64,000 nt of DNA from an uncultured bacterium (lineage in GTDB: Bacteria > Zixibacteria > MSB-5A5 > GN15 > FEB-12): NCBI GenBank assembly GCA_965372795.1, contig CBDVDR010000001.1, positions 192,001-256,000 on the forward strand, given 5' to 3'. Position 1 is the first letter of the stretch. Every line of letters begins with the position of its first letter. Position numbers and translations under genes: made by a program. The notes below the pieces were generated by a model. It saw nothing but the letters and a program-made list of their open reading frames with translations. It ran no database searches and was not told the DNA's origin. This document shows positions 29,992 to 39,953 of the stretch, piece after piece.

Positions 29992-32070
29992 CTATAACGG
30001 CCGACAATTTATACGACAAGTTGATGTTTCAACTAATTCTGTTCCGGATCTAATCGACTGCTTAACAACCCGGCCTTTACCTTTTATCTCTAAATTTATT
30101 CCTGTATACTCACTAAAGGCTGACACTTCCCTAATCGAAAGACCTCTTAAATCGGGCATAAGTATTTTTTCTGAAACGGTCTCTTTTATAACAAGAATCA
30201 ATTCATCATCTTTAAACAACAATCGATCCGGTGAAGGAAATTGCCACACAATCACCCCTTCATCAGCATTGGATCGATAAGCAATCCCTTTTTCATCTAT
30301 CTCTTGAACGGCAACTTCTATTTCCTGACCAATAAAATTTGGAATTTCTATTGTATTACTGATTTCATCAGATTTGACACTGAGAAGACGATCAGGAGTA
30401 CTAAACAGATCCGGATTTAAGACGGCATATTGTTCTGCAATTTTCCTAAAGGTAGGACCTGCTGTCCAACCCCCATAGTGAATCGGTTGCGGTTCTTCAA
30501 CTACGACCACACCAGCAACCAATGGATCCTCAGCCGGGAAAAATCCGGCAAAACTTGCCATGAATTTACTTCTGAAGTAGCGTCTATTTTCAAGGTCAAA
30601 AATTTGAGCCGTCCCTGTTTTTCCGGCAATATTAACTACTTTGGAATTCGCCGGCTCGGCAGTGCCCTGTTCTACAACACCTCGTAAAAAAGCTATTAAA
30701 GAATCAGAAGAGCTCCTTTTCATCACAGTGCGAATTTCACGAGAGTCATATTCATCTATGACATATCCATTGGCATCAACGTATCCTAAAACAAGGCGCG
30801 GTTTGATTAAATTACCACCATTGGCAATTGCTCCCATTGCCGTTGTCATTTGAAGCGTGGAAACCGCAATTGAATGACCAATTGCTAAAGCGGCCGTGTT
30901 ATAATCCGACCATGTAGGAGGAGCAGACATCTTGCCGGATGTTTCTCCAGGCAGACAATTTAACAGTTTTTGTCCAAATCCGAACTGCTTGGCTGTTTCA
31001 AGAATTTCTTCACCACCGAGATCAATAGAAAATTTTGCAATTCCGATATTACTTGACAGTTCAATAATCTGACGAAATGTTAACCATTCCAATTTTTTAT
31101 CATCGTGTAAATAACTCCGCCCAAGTTTCCATATCCCTTGTTCACAAAATGTTGTATCAGAAAAATTAACCATACCTTTGTCAAGGATGGAAGCTGCCGG
31201 GAAAACTTTGAAAATTGAACCCGGTTCAAATTGATCGGTAATCACACGAAGTTTGATTGGCTTGTTTGGATTTTTTTCTTCAGGATCAAAATGCGCCATA
31301 GCTAAAATATCACCATTGCGAACATTTATAAAGGCTGCCATTGCCGATTTAGCATTGTATTTTTCTACAGCATACTTTAACTCTTCCTCGACTGATTCCT
31401 GCAATTTGAAATCTATTGTTAAAACCACCGATTGACCCGGAACCGGTTTCACCAGCGCTTTTTCTTTTACCCGAAAAGTATTGTTAAGACCATCGCGACG
31501 AACATCCGCCCAGCCGTTTTGCCCGCCTAAAACAGAATCAAAGGAATATTCAAACCCTGCCTGACCCTCATTGTCAATACTTGTAAAACCAATAATCTGC
31601 TTTCCAACCGAACCATAGGGATAGTCGCGCTTGGCTTCTTTTCTTAAATATAATCCCCGGGGAGCATCCGCTTCAATTTTAGCCGCAAATTTATCGCTAA
31701 TTTTCCTTTTTATCCACCTGAAACGACGTTTGGCCAGACCATATTTTTTCTTTGCAGTATTCTTTGATAGTGAAAAAGTTTTCTCAAGATACTGTGAAAC
31801 TTCACTCAGCTCTTCCTTTGTTTCCGGATAGGCATATAAAGATGAAAGAAAAACATTTGTGGCAACCACATTACCGCAGCGGTCAAAAATTATTCCACGT
31901 TTTGGCGGTATTGAAACTTTTGTCCCGGATTGTTTTTGGACCCTTTTCCCATAGTCATCGGCTAAAACAACCTGCAAATGAAAGAGTCTTGCGATAACGA
32001 CCACAAAGAAACAACCCATGATCACGAAGAATACCCCAAGTCGCAATCTTTCCTGACGGGTGCGTTTCAT
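29992..32070 (-). CDS. ftsI: Class B penicillin-binding protein with two C-terminal PASTA-like domains
   Basis: N-terminal TM, EPGSIFK, SSN, KTGT; IPNFIG and MPDLRGLS PASTA starts. Confidence 0.93.
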   Translation of the reverse strand: MKRTRQERLRLGVFFVIMGCFFVVVIARLFHLQVVLADDYGKRVQKQSGTKVSIPPKRGIIFDRCGNVVATNVFLSSLYAYPETKEELSEVSQYLEKTFSLSKNTAKKKYGLAKRRFRWIKRKISDKFAAKIEADAPRGLYLRKEAKRDYPYGSVGKQIIGFTSIDNEGQAGFEYSFDSVLGGQNGWADVRRDGLNNTFRVKEKALVKPVPGQSVVLTIDFKLQESVEEELKYAVEKYNAKSAMAAFINVRNGDILAMAHFDPEEKNPNKPIKLRVITDQFEPGSIFKVFPAASILDKGMVNFSDTTFCEQGIWKLGRSYLHDDKKLEWLTFRQIIELSSNIGIAKFSIDLGGEEILETAKQFGFGQKLLNCLPGETSGKMSAPPTWSDYNTAALAIGHSIAVSTLQMTTAMGAIANGGNLIKPRLVLGYVDANGYVIDEYDSREIRTVMKRSSSDSLIAFLRGVVEQGTAEPANSKVVNIAGKTGTAQIFDLENRRYFRSKFMASFAGFFPAEDPLVAGVVVVEEPQPIHYGGWTAGPTFRKIAEQYAVLNPDLFSTPDRLLSVKSDEISNTIEIPNFIGQEIEVAVQEIDEKGIAYRSNADEGVIVWQFPSPDRLLFKDDELILVIKETVSEKILMPDLRGLSIREVSAFSEYTGINLEIKGKGRVVKQSIRSGTELVETSTCRINCRPL

Positions 32071-32561
32071 TCTGCCCCCTCCATTACTCTGGTTGAGTCC
32101 ATACGAATAATTTGCAATTCATCTGCCCGTAATTCGTTCTCGGTTACAATCGGGATGAATTCAGCAACCCTTTTTATAGCAGTCATCATCTTATCAAGAT
32201 CATCAACATCCGCTTCACTCTGGCCGTCGCCTAATAGAGTGTACAAATTTTCTGGAGAGATCGCCTTCATGCCAAGTGTATCTGTGGCATACTGTTCAAT
32301 GCGTGAGGCAAGAGACAGAGTAGCTATGCTGGAGTTAACTTTTTTAAGATAATCCAAAAGCAGCTTGTTTTCATTCTTTAATACAGCCACATCTTTTACC
32401 AGTTCATATACTTTTACTCGCTGCCAGATATGAAAACAGGACGCCAAGACAACCGCACCGGCAAGAATTGTGGCCGTAAAATAGCGGTGAGAACGGAAAC
32501 GATTCAATAAAGTCGATTTAATTTCAACTGTTTCTTTAAATTTGCGAACAGCCTCTTTCAT
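32067..32561 (-). CDS. ftsL: FtsL-like cell division protein
   Basis: TM plus coiled coil, RIEQYA...LGM; between rsmH and ftsI. Confidence 0.75.
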   Translation of the reverse strand: MKEAVRKFKETVEIKSTLLNRFRSHRYFTATILAGAVVLASCFHIWQRVKVYELVKDVAVLKNENKLLLDYLKKVNSSIATLSLASRIEQYATDTLGMKAISPENLYTLLGDGQSEADVDDLDKMMTAIKRVAEFIPIVTENELRADELQIIRMDSTRVMEGAE

Positions 32562-32562
32562 C

Positions 32563-33516
32563 TCAAACTTTCTCCGCGACTCTCATTTTAGCCGAACGTG
32601 CTCGACTGTTTTCCCTGATTTCATTTTCATTCGGAATTATAATTTTTTTATTAACAATCTTAATCGCAGCTTTGTGGTTGCAAACACAAATCGGAATCTC
32701 CGGAGGACAATGGCAGTCCTTCGCCTCATACTGAAAGAATCGCTTAACAATCCTATCTTCAAGGGAATGATATGAGATAACCGCTAATTTGCCACCCTGC
32801 TTTAATAACTTAACTGCTTGTGGAAGGACCAAACTGATTTGATTTAATTCATCATTAACAGCAATTCTCAACGATTGAAAAACTCTTGCAAGAGATTTTG
32901 TCTGATGGGGCGGTTTAATAACAGACATCACGATGTCTGCCAATTGACCAGAAGTGAGGATCATTTTCTTTTGTCTTTCCCTGACAATAGTTGCTGCCAA
33001 TGCTTTTGCTCTTTTTTCCTCGCCGAACCTAAAGAAGACTCCGGCTATTTCTTTTTCATCTTCTTCATTTATAAAATCAGCCGCTGTTCTTTTAGAAGAC
33101 TCACTCCCAAATCGCATATCCAACGGACCATCCGCTTGAAAAGTGAACCCGCGCTTCGGATCGTTGAGCTGCAATGATGACAATCCGAGATCAAGTAACA
33201 TTCCATCGAATTCTCGATCTTGTAGCTCTTCAATTCTTTGGCCGATATTAACATACGAATCGTTTATTATCCTTACTTTTTGTTTACAACTTGCAAGATT
33301 TCTCTCTGCTATAACTGCTGCCTCAGAATCAATATCAAATCCATAAAGACGAGCCCTCGAATTCAAAATTTTTGATAAGACTGTAAGATGTCCACCGTAA
33401 CCAGCTGTTAAATCTATATAGGCTCCGCCCAAGTCCGATACCAAATGCTGAACAACTTGTTCTGCCAGTACCGGAATGTGGATACTACTCTTCGAGTTTA
33501 AACCCATCTCCTGCAA
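32563..33516 (-). CDS. rsmH: 16S rRNA m4C1402 methyltransferase
   Basis: HIPVL, DLTAGYGGH, DLGLSS, PLDMR, SYHSLEDR, NSRARSAK; start uncertain. Confidence 0.96.
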   Translation of the reverse strand: MQEMGLNSKSSIHIPVLAEQVVQHLVSDLGGAYIDLTAGYGGHLTVLSKILNSRARLYGFDIDSEAAVIAERNLASCKQKVRIINDSYVNIGQRIEELQDREFDGMLLDLGLSSLQLNDPKRGFTFQADGPLDMRFGSESSKRTAADFINEEDEKEIAGVFFRFGEEKRAKALAATIVRERQKKMILTSGQLADIVMSVIKPPHQTKSLARVFQSLRIAVNDELNQISLVLPQAVKLLKQGGKLAVISYHSLEDRIVKRFFQYEAKDCHCPPEIPICVCNHKAAIKIVNKKIIIPNENEIRENSRARSAKMRVAEKV

Positions 33517-33964
33517 ACAATCTTTCAGCTACCTCTTCATAGCTTTTGGAGTATTGCTCCAAATAGTACTGGTAACGATCAGGATTCCATATCTCGATCC
33601 AACCACTGACACCTATGACCTGTAAGTCATGCTTAAGATCAGCTTCCCTTATCAAATGAGATGGAATCAAAATACGACCACTTTTATCAAGTGTAACCGT
33701 TCCAGCTGAAGCATAAAAACGGCGGCTAAAAAACCTGAAATCTTTCTGAGTAAAATTAAGGGAAGAAAGGCGGTCCTGGATGCTGGCCCATTCTGTTTCC
33801 GGATAAAGACTGAGACATCCCTCTAATCCTTTAGTGATTATCAGGTTACCTTCAAGTAACAATTTCTTGGATGAAGGATCCTGGACAGAGCGTAGTTTCG
33901 CCGGAAGTGCAAACCGCCCCTTGCCATCCAAGGTAGTCTGATACTGTCCATAGAAACCGCCCAT
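33485..33964 (-). CDS. mraZ: Transcriptional regulator MraZ
   Basis: Twin DGKGR / DKSGR motifs, EIW; heads the dcw cluster. Confidence 0.96.
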   Translation of the reverse strand: MGGFYGQYQTTLDGKGRFALPAKLRSVQDPSSKKLLLEGNLIITKGLEGCLSLYPETEWASIQDRLSSLNFTQKDFRFFSRRFYASAGTVTLDKSGRILIPSHLIREADLKHDLQVIGVSGWIEIWNPDRYQYYLEQYSKSYEEVAERLFAGDGFKLEE

Positions 33965-33971
33965 GTACTCT

Positions 33972-34037
33972 CCCACTTTATTCCACATTTCGACAATTAT
34001 TTACACAAAGTATCACATTTCCCCCACTGATTGTCAA
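33972..34037 (-). promoter_or_regulatory. dcw promoter with MraZ-type GTGG-like repeats
   Basis: TTGACA-N17-GATACT; GTGGG/GTGAT/GTGTA/GTGGA/GTGGG starting at 34027, 34016, 34006, 33986, 33976 (about 10-bp phase). Confidence 0.8.
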
Positions 34038-34342
34038 GCTATTTCTTTGACATTATTGATAAATAATCAGACCCTAACTCAATTTAACTCAATAACTAAT
34101 GAAACAAATATTATTGGAATTTTTGTAACACCTTGAAGACAAACAAAACAGAGAGGAAAATTATTCTCTTGACTTGTTCACTAAAATCCGAAAATACCCT
34201 CTATTTATTGAGTTACACCCACACTTAACTAAGTAATAATAGGACCACTACCCCAGCCCCCAATAGCCCCCTTCGTCACAAGCTGTTGCTGTGTAGCCCT
34301 ATAACCATATTATTTTCTTTACAATTAACCCTATTCGGCAGA

Positions 34343-34358
34343 AGGCTGACTTTTTGCA
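34343..34358 (+). promoter_or_regulatory. Possible sigma54 (-24/-12) promoter
   Basis: AGGCTGACTTTTTGCA = GG-N10-GC with TTGCA, about 40 nt before the C25 gene. Confidence 0.35.
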
Positions 34359-34397
34359 TTTTCCTTAATTGGTTCAGGATGAAACCAGGAGGATTTT

Positions 34398-36689
34398 GTG
34401 AGAATTGCTAAGTATTTAATAGTTTTAATAATGTTCGGGTCAACAATTGTCAGCGGGAATGATTATACTCTAAAGTTTAATAATGATTCTCTGGATATAA
34501 ACGAGTCTGATGATTCATATTTCTATCAATCATATCAGAGCTTCCAGTTGGAAAATGGTGCTAAACTAAGTTACACCAAACTATATCTTAAACTTTCAGA
34601 AGCCAAAGATATTACTAAAATCTCCTCTGGCAGCGAATCATCTGAAGTAGGATTCTTATTATCAGATGCTTCTTTTTCAGACTCTGCAACATCTGAAAGT
34701 AATGCTTACCAGACCGTAGAAAGTTACTCATCAAAATCAGGTTATGGTTCAAAAGCGATTCAAATTAATGGAACTGTGAAATACGGTAATAATATTTATG
34801 CCGAACTATTGGTCTTTCCGATTACCTTATCCGAAACCGGCAGTTTACTCTTTCACCGAAATATAAATATTTTTATTCACACCCGTCAAGTTTCAGCCAA
34901 TGAACTGATCACGAATATCAATTTTATTAACAACACGACTCTGAATCTTTCCCCAACATTCGGAGCTATTGAATACCTGATTGTAACATCCTCGCAACTG
35001 TCAGAACCAATGGAAGAACTGAAAAATTATAAAACCTCAACCGGCATTTTAACTGAGGTTGTGCTGATTGAAGATATTTTAATTAATTATTCAGGCAGAG
35101 ATGATGCTGAAAAACTAAGGAATGCCTTAAAAGAGTTTTACAATAACGGCGGTCATTCGGTTTTGCTTGTCGGCGATGAAACAATCCTTCCGGTCAGATA
35201 TGCATATCCGTTATCAACCAACCTTACTCCCTCAATCGAATACCAACAACTTTGTGATCTATATTTTGCTGATATGACCGGTGATTGGGATGTTGACAAC
35301 GATGGTGTTTGGGGTGAAGTCATTCATGATAATCCTGACATCATTCCGGAACTACGAGTCGGGAGATTACCATTTAATACTGTTACTGAATGTAAAAACT
35401 ATGTTAGAAAATTAATAACCTATGAAACAGATCCGGGATGGGGCAATAAAGGATACTTGAACAGAGCATACTTCTTTTCATCAGATCAGATGCGCGATTA
35501 TGACGGCGGACAGCACACATTAATATCCACAGCTTATCCTCAACAGATTGAGATTGATACGGTCACCGGCGTTGAAGCTTCAACCGGATCCGATCTTGCC
35601 CCATCCAATCTTGATGCGGCTCAATTAGTTGATATCCTCTCCAACGGACAGGGCTTTATCAATATTATCGCCCATGGCAGAAGCGACGGTTTTGCCGTAA
35701 GAACTTCCGGTTACAATAACTGGCCCAAATCATACTTCCTTGCCGATGCTGAAAATACGGGGCATGGAACCTTTGACTCGCTCAAACAAAACGGTAAAGT
35801 CGGTTTTTACTATTCTTTAGCGTGTGACAATGGTGGCTTTGATATGGATCAATCGCCGTTTAATATTCCCAATCCAAACCTCGCCCAGAAACTTCTTGGT
35901 TTAAAAGATGCCGGCGCGGTTGCTTTTGTTGCCTATTCCCGCTGGGGCTGGATAAAAACCAGCCATCTTTTGCAAACCTCTTTTTATGATTCTCTATTTG
36001 CACACCCTGAAAAACCGGCTATTGATGCTATGTATGCCTCAAAATCAGCTTATTCATATTATCGTGATTTAATTTATGGACAGCTGTTTTTTGGAGATCC
36101 AACGCTTAAAATTTATACTGACCTTCCTAAACCTGTTGATATTAATTATAAAAAAACCGAAACCGGAATTGATATTAATATCTCATCTTCAGCTAGCCCG
36201 ATTAGTATGGGCAAAGTTATTATCTCGGATGGACAAGATATCATTGCGATAGGCATAACCGATCAGGATGGTTTTGTAGAAATTTCAGAAGGACTTGAAA
36301 ATGTAAATGATTTTATTATCACGGTTGTAAAAGATGGATATCTAACCAAACAAACTACCAGTTCAACCTCTATTGTTACTGCTGTCGAAGATGAAACCGA
36401 AATCATGCCCGCATCTTATGAATTAAAACAAAATTACCCGAACCCGTTTAACCCGTCGACAACTATTTCATTCGAAATTGATCGCAAAAGTAAGCTAAAA
36501 CTTTCTATCTATAACATTCTCGGACAAAATATAATAACTCTGACAGATGAGACTTATTCTCCGGGTACCTATGATATTGAATGGCGCGGACAGGATTCAA
36601 ACAGCAACCCTGTTGCATCAGGGATTTATCTTTATAAGCTTGAAACCGAATATTTCAGCGAGATCAAAAAGATGGTGCTATTAAAATAA
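34398..36689 (+). CDS. C25 (gingipain-family) cysteine peptidase with T9SS-CTD/FlgD-like C-terminus
   Basis: Signal peptide; YLIVT, VLLVGD, DLYFA, VGRLP, IAHG, LACDNG, FGDP; tail QNYPNPFNPST...SGIYLYKL...KKMVLLK; AGGAGG SD. Confidence 0.88.
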   Translation: MRIAKYLIVLIMFGSTIVSGNDYTLKFNNDSLDINESDDSYFYQSYQSFQLENGAKLSYTKLYLKLSEAKDITKISSGSESSEVGFLLSDASFSDSATSESNAYQTVESYSSKSGYGSKAIQINGTVKYGNNIYAELLVFPITLSETGSLLFHRNINIFIHTRQVSANELITNINFINNTTLNLSPTFGAIEYLIVTSSQLSEPMEELKNYKTSTGILTEVVLIEDILINYSGRDDAEKLRNALKEFYNNGGHSVLLVGDETILPVRYAYPLSTNLTPSIEYQQLCDLYFADMTGDWDVDNDGVWGEVIHDNPDIIPELRVGRLPFNTVTECKNYVRKLITYETDPGWGNKGYLNRAYFFSSDQMRDYDGGQHTLISTAYPQQIEIDTVTGVEASTGSDLAPSNLDAAQLVDILSNGQGFINIIAHGRSDGFAVRTSGYNNWPKSYFLADAENTGHGTFDSLKQNGKVGFYYSLACDNGGFDMDQSPFNIPNPNLAQKLLGLKDAGAVAFVAYSRWGWIKTSHLLQTSFYDSLFAHPEKPAIDAMYASKSAYSYYRDLIYGQLFFGDPTLKIYTDLPKPVDINYKKTETGIDINISSSASPISMGKVIISDGQDIIAIGITDQDGFVEISEGLENVNDFIITVVKDGYLTKQTTSSTSIVTAVEDETEIMPASYELKQNYPNPFNPSTTISFEIDRKSKLKLSIYNILGQNIITLTDETYSPGTYDIEWRGQDSNSNPVASGIYLYKLETEYFSEIKKMVLLK

Positions 36690-36701
36690 TTTTGTGAGAG
36701 A

Positions 36702-37958
36702 TTAAACCGACCAGGGGGTATTCTCAAGTTTTTGAATCAATCCGGCAAACTTCTTTGCCATATTCTCTGCACTGTATTGTCGGGCATAATCAGATAGGAT
36801 GATCGTTGGAAGTTTATTGGCTGCTGATTTTAACATAAATTCATTCAGATATTCAACCGCCCTGGATAAATCCCCCGTGAAACAATAGCCGTTGTTGCTT
36901 CCCCTGATCAATTTTGCTACCTCGCTATCATCGGTAACATGAGCCAGCAATGGTCGCCCTGATGCCATCAGTAAAAATATCCTTCCGGTTGTAAATCCTT
37001 TTTCTTTTTCAGAAGGCAGCCCCAAATAAAACATTTGAGACTTTGATGCTTGCTGTACAGCTTTCAATCGAGGGAGGAAACCATGAATGAGTGTTTTTTC
37101 GTATAATTGATACTTGTTCAACAACGGCACCAACCATTGTCTGTTTACATTGCCAATCTGCTGCAATTTGATTCTTGCAAAATTTTCAGGATATTTATCA
37201 CGAAACATACTGAGCATTTTCAATAGAGGTTCAATCGGATAAATTTCATCGAAGGTACCGAACAGTCCGATAGTAAACTCTTTTTGTGGCAGCGTTGGCT
37301 GCCACTCTCTTGCCAGAGATTGATCAAAAGAATTCATTATGACTTTGGCGTCACCAAAGTATGAAGCCAGCGTATCATTTACGGTTGTGATAATAGTTGC
37401 TTTGTCTTTTATTTCCTGCAAAAGTGTTTTTGCTTTATCGATAAGCTTTTTATCATTGTAACATTCTTCCAATGGATAACTCATCCAGTAATCCCGAAAG
37501 TCAGCAATCCAGGGGATGCGTCCCTCCATAGAAAGTTGCCTCCCGATTAGATGCGTAGAAACAGGAGGAGAGGTAGAAATAATTGCTTTATAATTATTAT
37601 TCGAAATCAAATTCCGACCCAATTTCAGAGCCGGTTTTACCCAGCCGACTTTGGGATCGGGAAAGAATTTTTCTGAGGCGCTTTTCCCACGGGCAATTGT
37701 TTGCCCCTTAATTTTTCTTAACCCGAGAAGATACATAAATCGCTGAGGATCAAAAGAACCTGAACGATAAATCCTGGATTCATCAAGATCATGAAGTAGT
37801 TCCGGCTCATAAAGGCGATATGTTACCGGTTTAACGGTTAACAGATCACAATCATAACCAAATTCTGGCAGATGCTTATATAATCCTAACGGCCGGCCAA
37901 CGCCGGCTCCCCCAAGAGGTGGAAAATAATAACAAATCAACAGCACCTTTTTATTCAT
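36702..37958 (-). CDS. Glycosyltransferase, GT4-like
   Basis: YYFPPLGGAG, FPDPKVGW, STSPP, WIADFRD. Confidence 0.85.
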   Translation of the reverse strand: MNKKVLLICYYFPPLGGAGVGRPLGLYKHLPEFGYDCDLLTVKPVTYRLYEPELLHDLDESRIYRSGSFDPQRFMYLLGLRKIKGQTIARGKSASEKFFPDPKVGWVKPALKLGRNLISNNNYKAIISTSPPVSTHLIGRQLSMEGRIPWIADFRDYWMSYPLEECYNDKKLIDKAKTLLQEIKDKATIITTVNDTLASYFGDAKVIMNSFDQSLAREWQPTLPQKEFTIGLFGTFDEIYPIEPLLKMLSMFRDKYPENFARIKLQQIGNVNRQWLVPLLNKYQLYEKTLIHGFLPRLKAVQQASKSQMFYLGLPSEKEKGFTTGRIFLLMASGRPLLAHVTDDSEVAKLIRGSNNGYCFTGDLSRAVEYLNEFMLKSAANKLPTIILSDYARQYSAENMAKKFAGLIQKLENTPWSV

Positions 37959-37959
37959 A

Positions 37960-39030
37960 TTACTCACCGGCGACTCTCTTTAATACAGAAATATGATCAT
38001 GAATATTTTTCTCATAAATACCAGACTGTTTAACCTTCTCAAAGTTACTTCTTCGCATTGAATCAAAACTGTCGTCAATGTTAATTATCTTTTCAACAAT
38101 TTGCTCAAGAGCTTGATTGTCACCCACTTGATATTTAAACCCGTTTTCATTTGTCAACCATTCCCGAACGCCTTCAATATCGGCCGAAATTGGAATAAGT
38201 CCTAACGCCATCACTTCGATTAAAGAAACCGGCGAGGAATCAGATTTTGAGTTAGACAAATAACAATCGAACCGGGATAAAAACTTGATATATTCTTCAC
38301 GGCTTTTCTTTTCATAAAAATTAATTTTATCACCAACCAGATGTTGACTTTTAATTTTGAATGTCTCTAACTGACTTCCAAAACCGGGGAAAGTCAAACT
38401 GATTTTATCAGAACTAATTAAATCTTTCAACGACTCAACAATAAAATAATTATTGTAAACCGCTTCGTGAGGTCTTGGTACAATAATTTTCAATGGCTGT
38501 GACAAAGTATAATCTTTTTTGTGAACCTCTAACCATTTCTTCTCAATCCCCCATGGAATCACAGAATAATCACAAAAGTCATAAATACTTTTTGCTTTAT
38601 CAATTAAATACTGCGAATCGCCTAAAACATAATTGGCCGAGCTTAACGCCTTTTTGGCTTTATATTTATGCAAGAATGATTTTTGAGGTACCTGTAAAAT
38701 ATCAGACCCCCACAAATTTAGTATCATAGATACTTTTTTATAATTTTTAGTTATCGAATATGCTAAAAAGCCATAACCAGTAGCATAATGAGCATTGATC
38801 ACGTCCGGTTGAAATTCTTTGAGTAGTTCCATAACTTGTTTTTTTGCTAAGACATAATGTAGAAACTTAAACGGCGTTTTTTGTTTTAGAGTAATATGAT
38901 TGACAGTTCCCTTTTCAAGCGATGCAACCTTCACGTCACAACCCTGTAAAACCATTTCATCCACCAAACGTTCAATATGAACTGACCGACTATCGGCAAG
39001 AATCAATACTTTTAACCGTTTAGCGTTCAT
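37960..39030 (-). CDS. Glycosyltransferase, GT4 family
   Basis: PDVINAHY..YG, WGSDI, SLIEVMALG. Confidence 0.85.
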   Translation of the reverse strand: MNAKRLKVLILADSRSVHIERLVDEMVLQGCDVKVASLEKGTVNHITLKQKTPFKFLHYVLAKKQVMELLKEFQPDVINAHYATGYGFLAYSITKNYKKVSMILNLWGSDILQVPQKSFLHKYKAKKALSSANYVLGDSQYLIDKAKSIYDFCDYSVIPWGIEKKWLEVHKKDYTLSQPLKIIVPRPHEAVYNNYFIVESLKDLISSDKISLTFPGFGSQLETFKIKSQHLVGDKINFYEKKSREEYIKFLSRFDCYLSNSKSDSSPVSLIEVMALGLIPISADIEGVREWLTNENGFKYQVGDNQALEQIVEKIINIDDSFDSMRRSNFEKVKQSGIYEKNIHDHISVLKRVAGE

Positions 39031-39953
39031 TTTATTTTCCCTAAAAATGATTTATAAACATAACAGGGATACTCGTAGTTCTCTCCGCCCCACTTTTTCT
39101 TATAAGATTCCAGATTTTCTGATCCGGCCGGATTAGCACCCAGATTAAAATATCGAACGCCGCTTGAAGATAATTTCTTAGCTGTTTGATAGGTAATCAA
39201 TTGATTCGGTTTTAAAAAAGAATAATCTTTATCAAAAAATACCTGCCAGTTTAAAGCCTGCTCATTGTCAATAAAATATATATGCGAGGCTGCGCCTTTC
39301 CCTTCATATTCCACCCATGCCCATTCAATCCTCGAATCAGTTTCAGCCATCTGGGCAAGTTGCTCATAAAAACTGCGAGAGTATTTTGGTTTCCGATTAT
39401 GGCGTTCTTCGGTAGCTATCATCAGCCTGATAAAGGCATCCATCTGCTTATTCGCATCAAACCTTTGAACGATAACGCCCTCACGTTCGGCTTTCCTGAT
39501 CTCAGATTGTATTTTTTTATCCGGTGGTTCCCAGTCGTTACTTGAAATATCTATAATATTGGTCGTACAGGTTTGAATATCATAATTTGAATTTGGCTTG
39601 AATGTTTTATTAAAATCATAAATAAATATTTTTGAATATTTTTCTTTTTGTAAACGGTTTAAGATAAATTCGTATATTTCTAACTGGTTTTTGTTGCTTG
39701 ATCTTATCAAAGGCTGGCAATAGCATCCATCCGGCATTGATTGAAATCTTTTTATCAATGAGTTTCCAAACTCAACCCCGCATAGCATTGCAAGAATATT
39801 ACTATCCTCTTCAACCGCCCAAAAAACCGGTGTTCCCCCAATTGATTTCCACAGGTTTAGAAAAGCTAATGAATTATAAAGCGAATGACCGCTTAGGTCA
39901 TTTTCAGAAAATTTAGAAAATTCTTTATCAGATAAACGTATAAAATTCATCAT
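39027..39953 (-). CDS. GNAT/FemAB-like acyltransferase
   Basis: IRKAEREGV, KPNQL, FNLG, YKKKWG pattern of polysaccharide-linked GNATs. Confidence 0.75.
   Translation of the reverse strand: MMNFIRLSDKEFSKFSENDLSGHSLYNSLAFLNLWKSIGGTPVFWAVEEDSNILAMLCGVEFGNSLIKRFQSMPDGCYCQPLIRSSNKNQLEIYEFILNRLQKEKYSKIFIYDFNKTFKPNSNYDIQTCTTNIIDISSNDWEPPDKKIQSEIRKAEREGVIVQRFDANKQMDAFIRLMIATEERHNRKPKYSRSFYEQLAQMAETDSRIEWAWVEYEGKGAASHIYFIDNEQALNWQVFFDKDYSFLKPNQLITYQTAKKLSSSGVRYFNLGANPAGSENLESYKKKWGGENYEYPCYVYKSFLGKIK

Noticed and set aside
29980..29994. FtsI-MurE fusion by TAG readthrough
   Set aside because: FtsI C-terminus is periplasmic and MurE is cytoplasmic; the strong SD favours separate initiation
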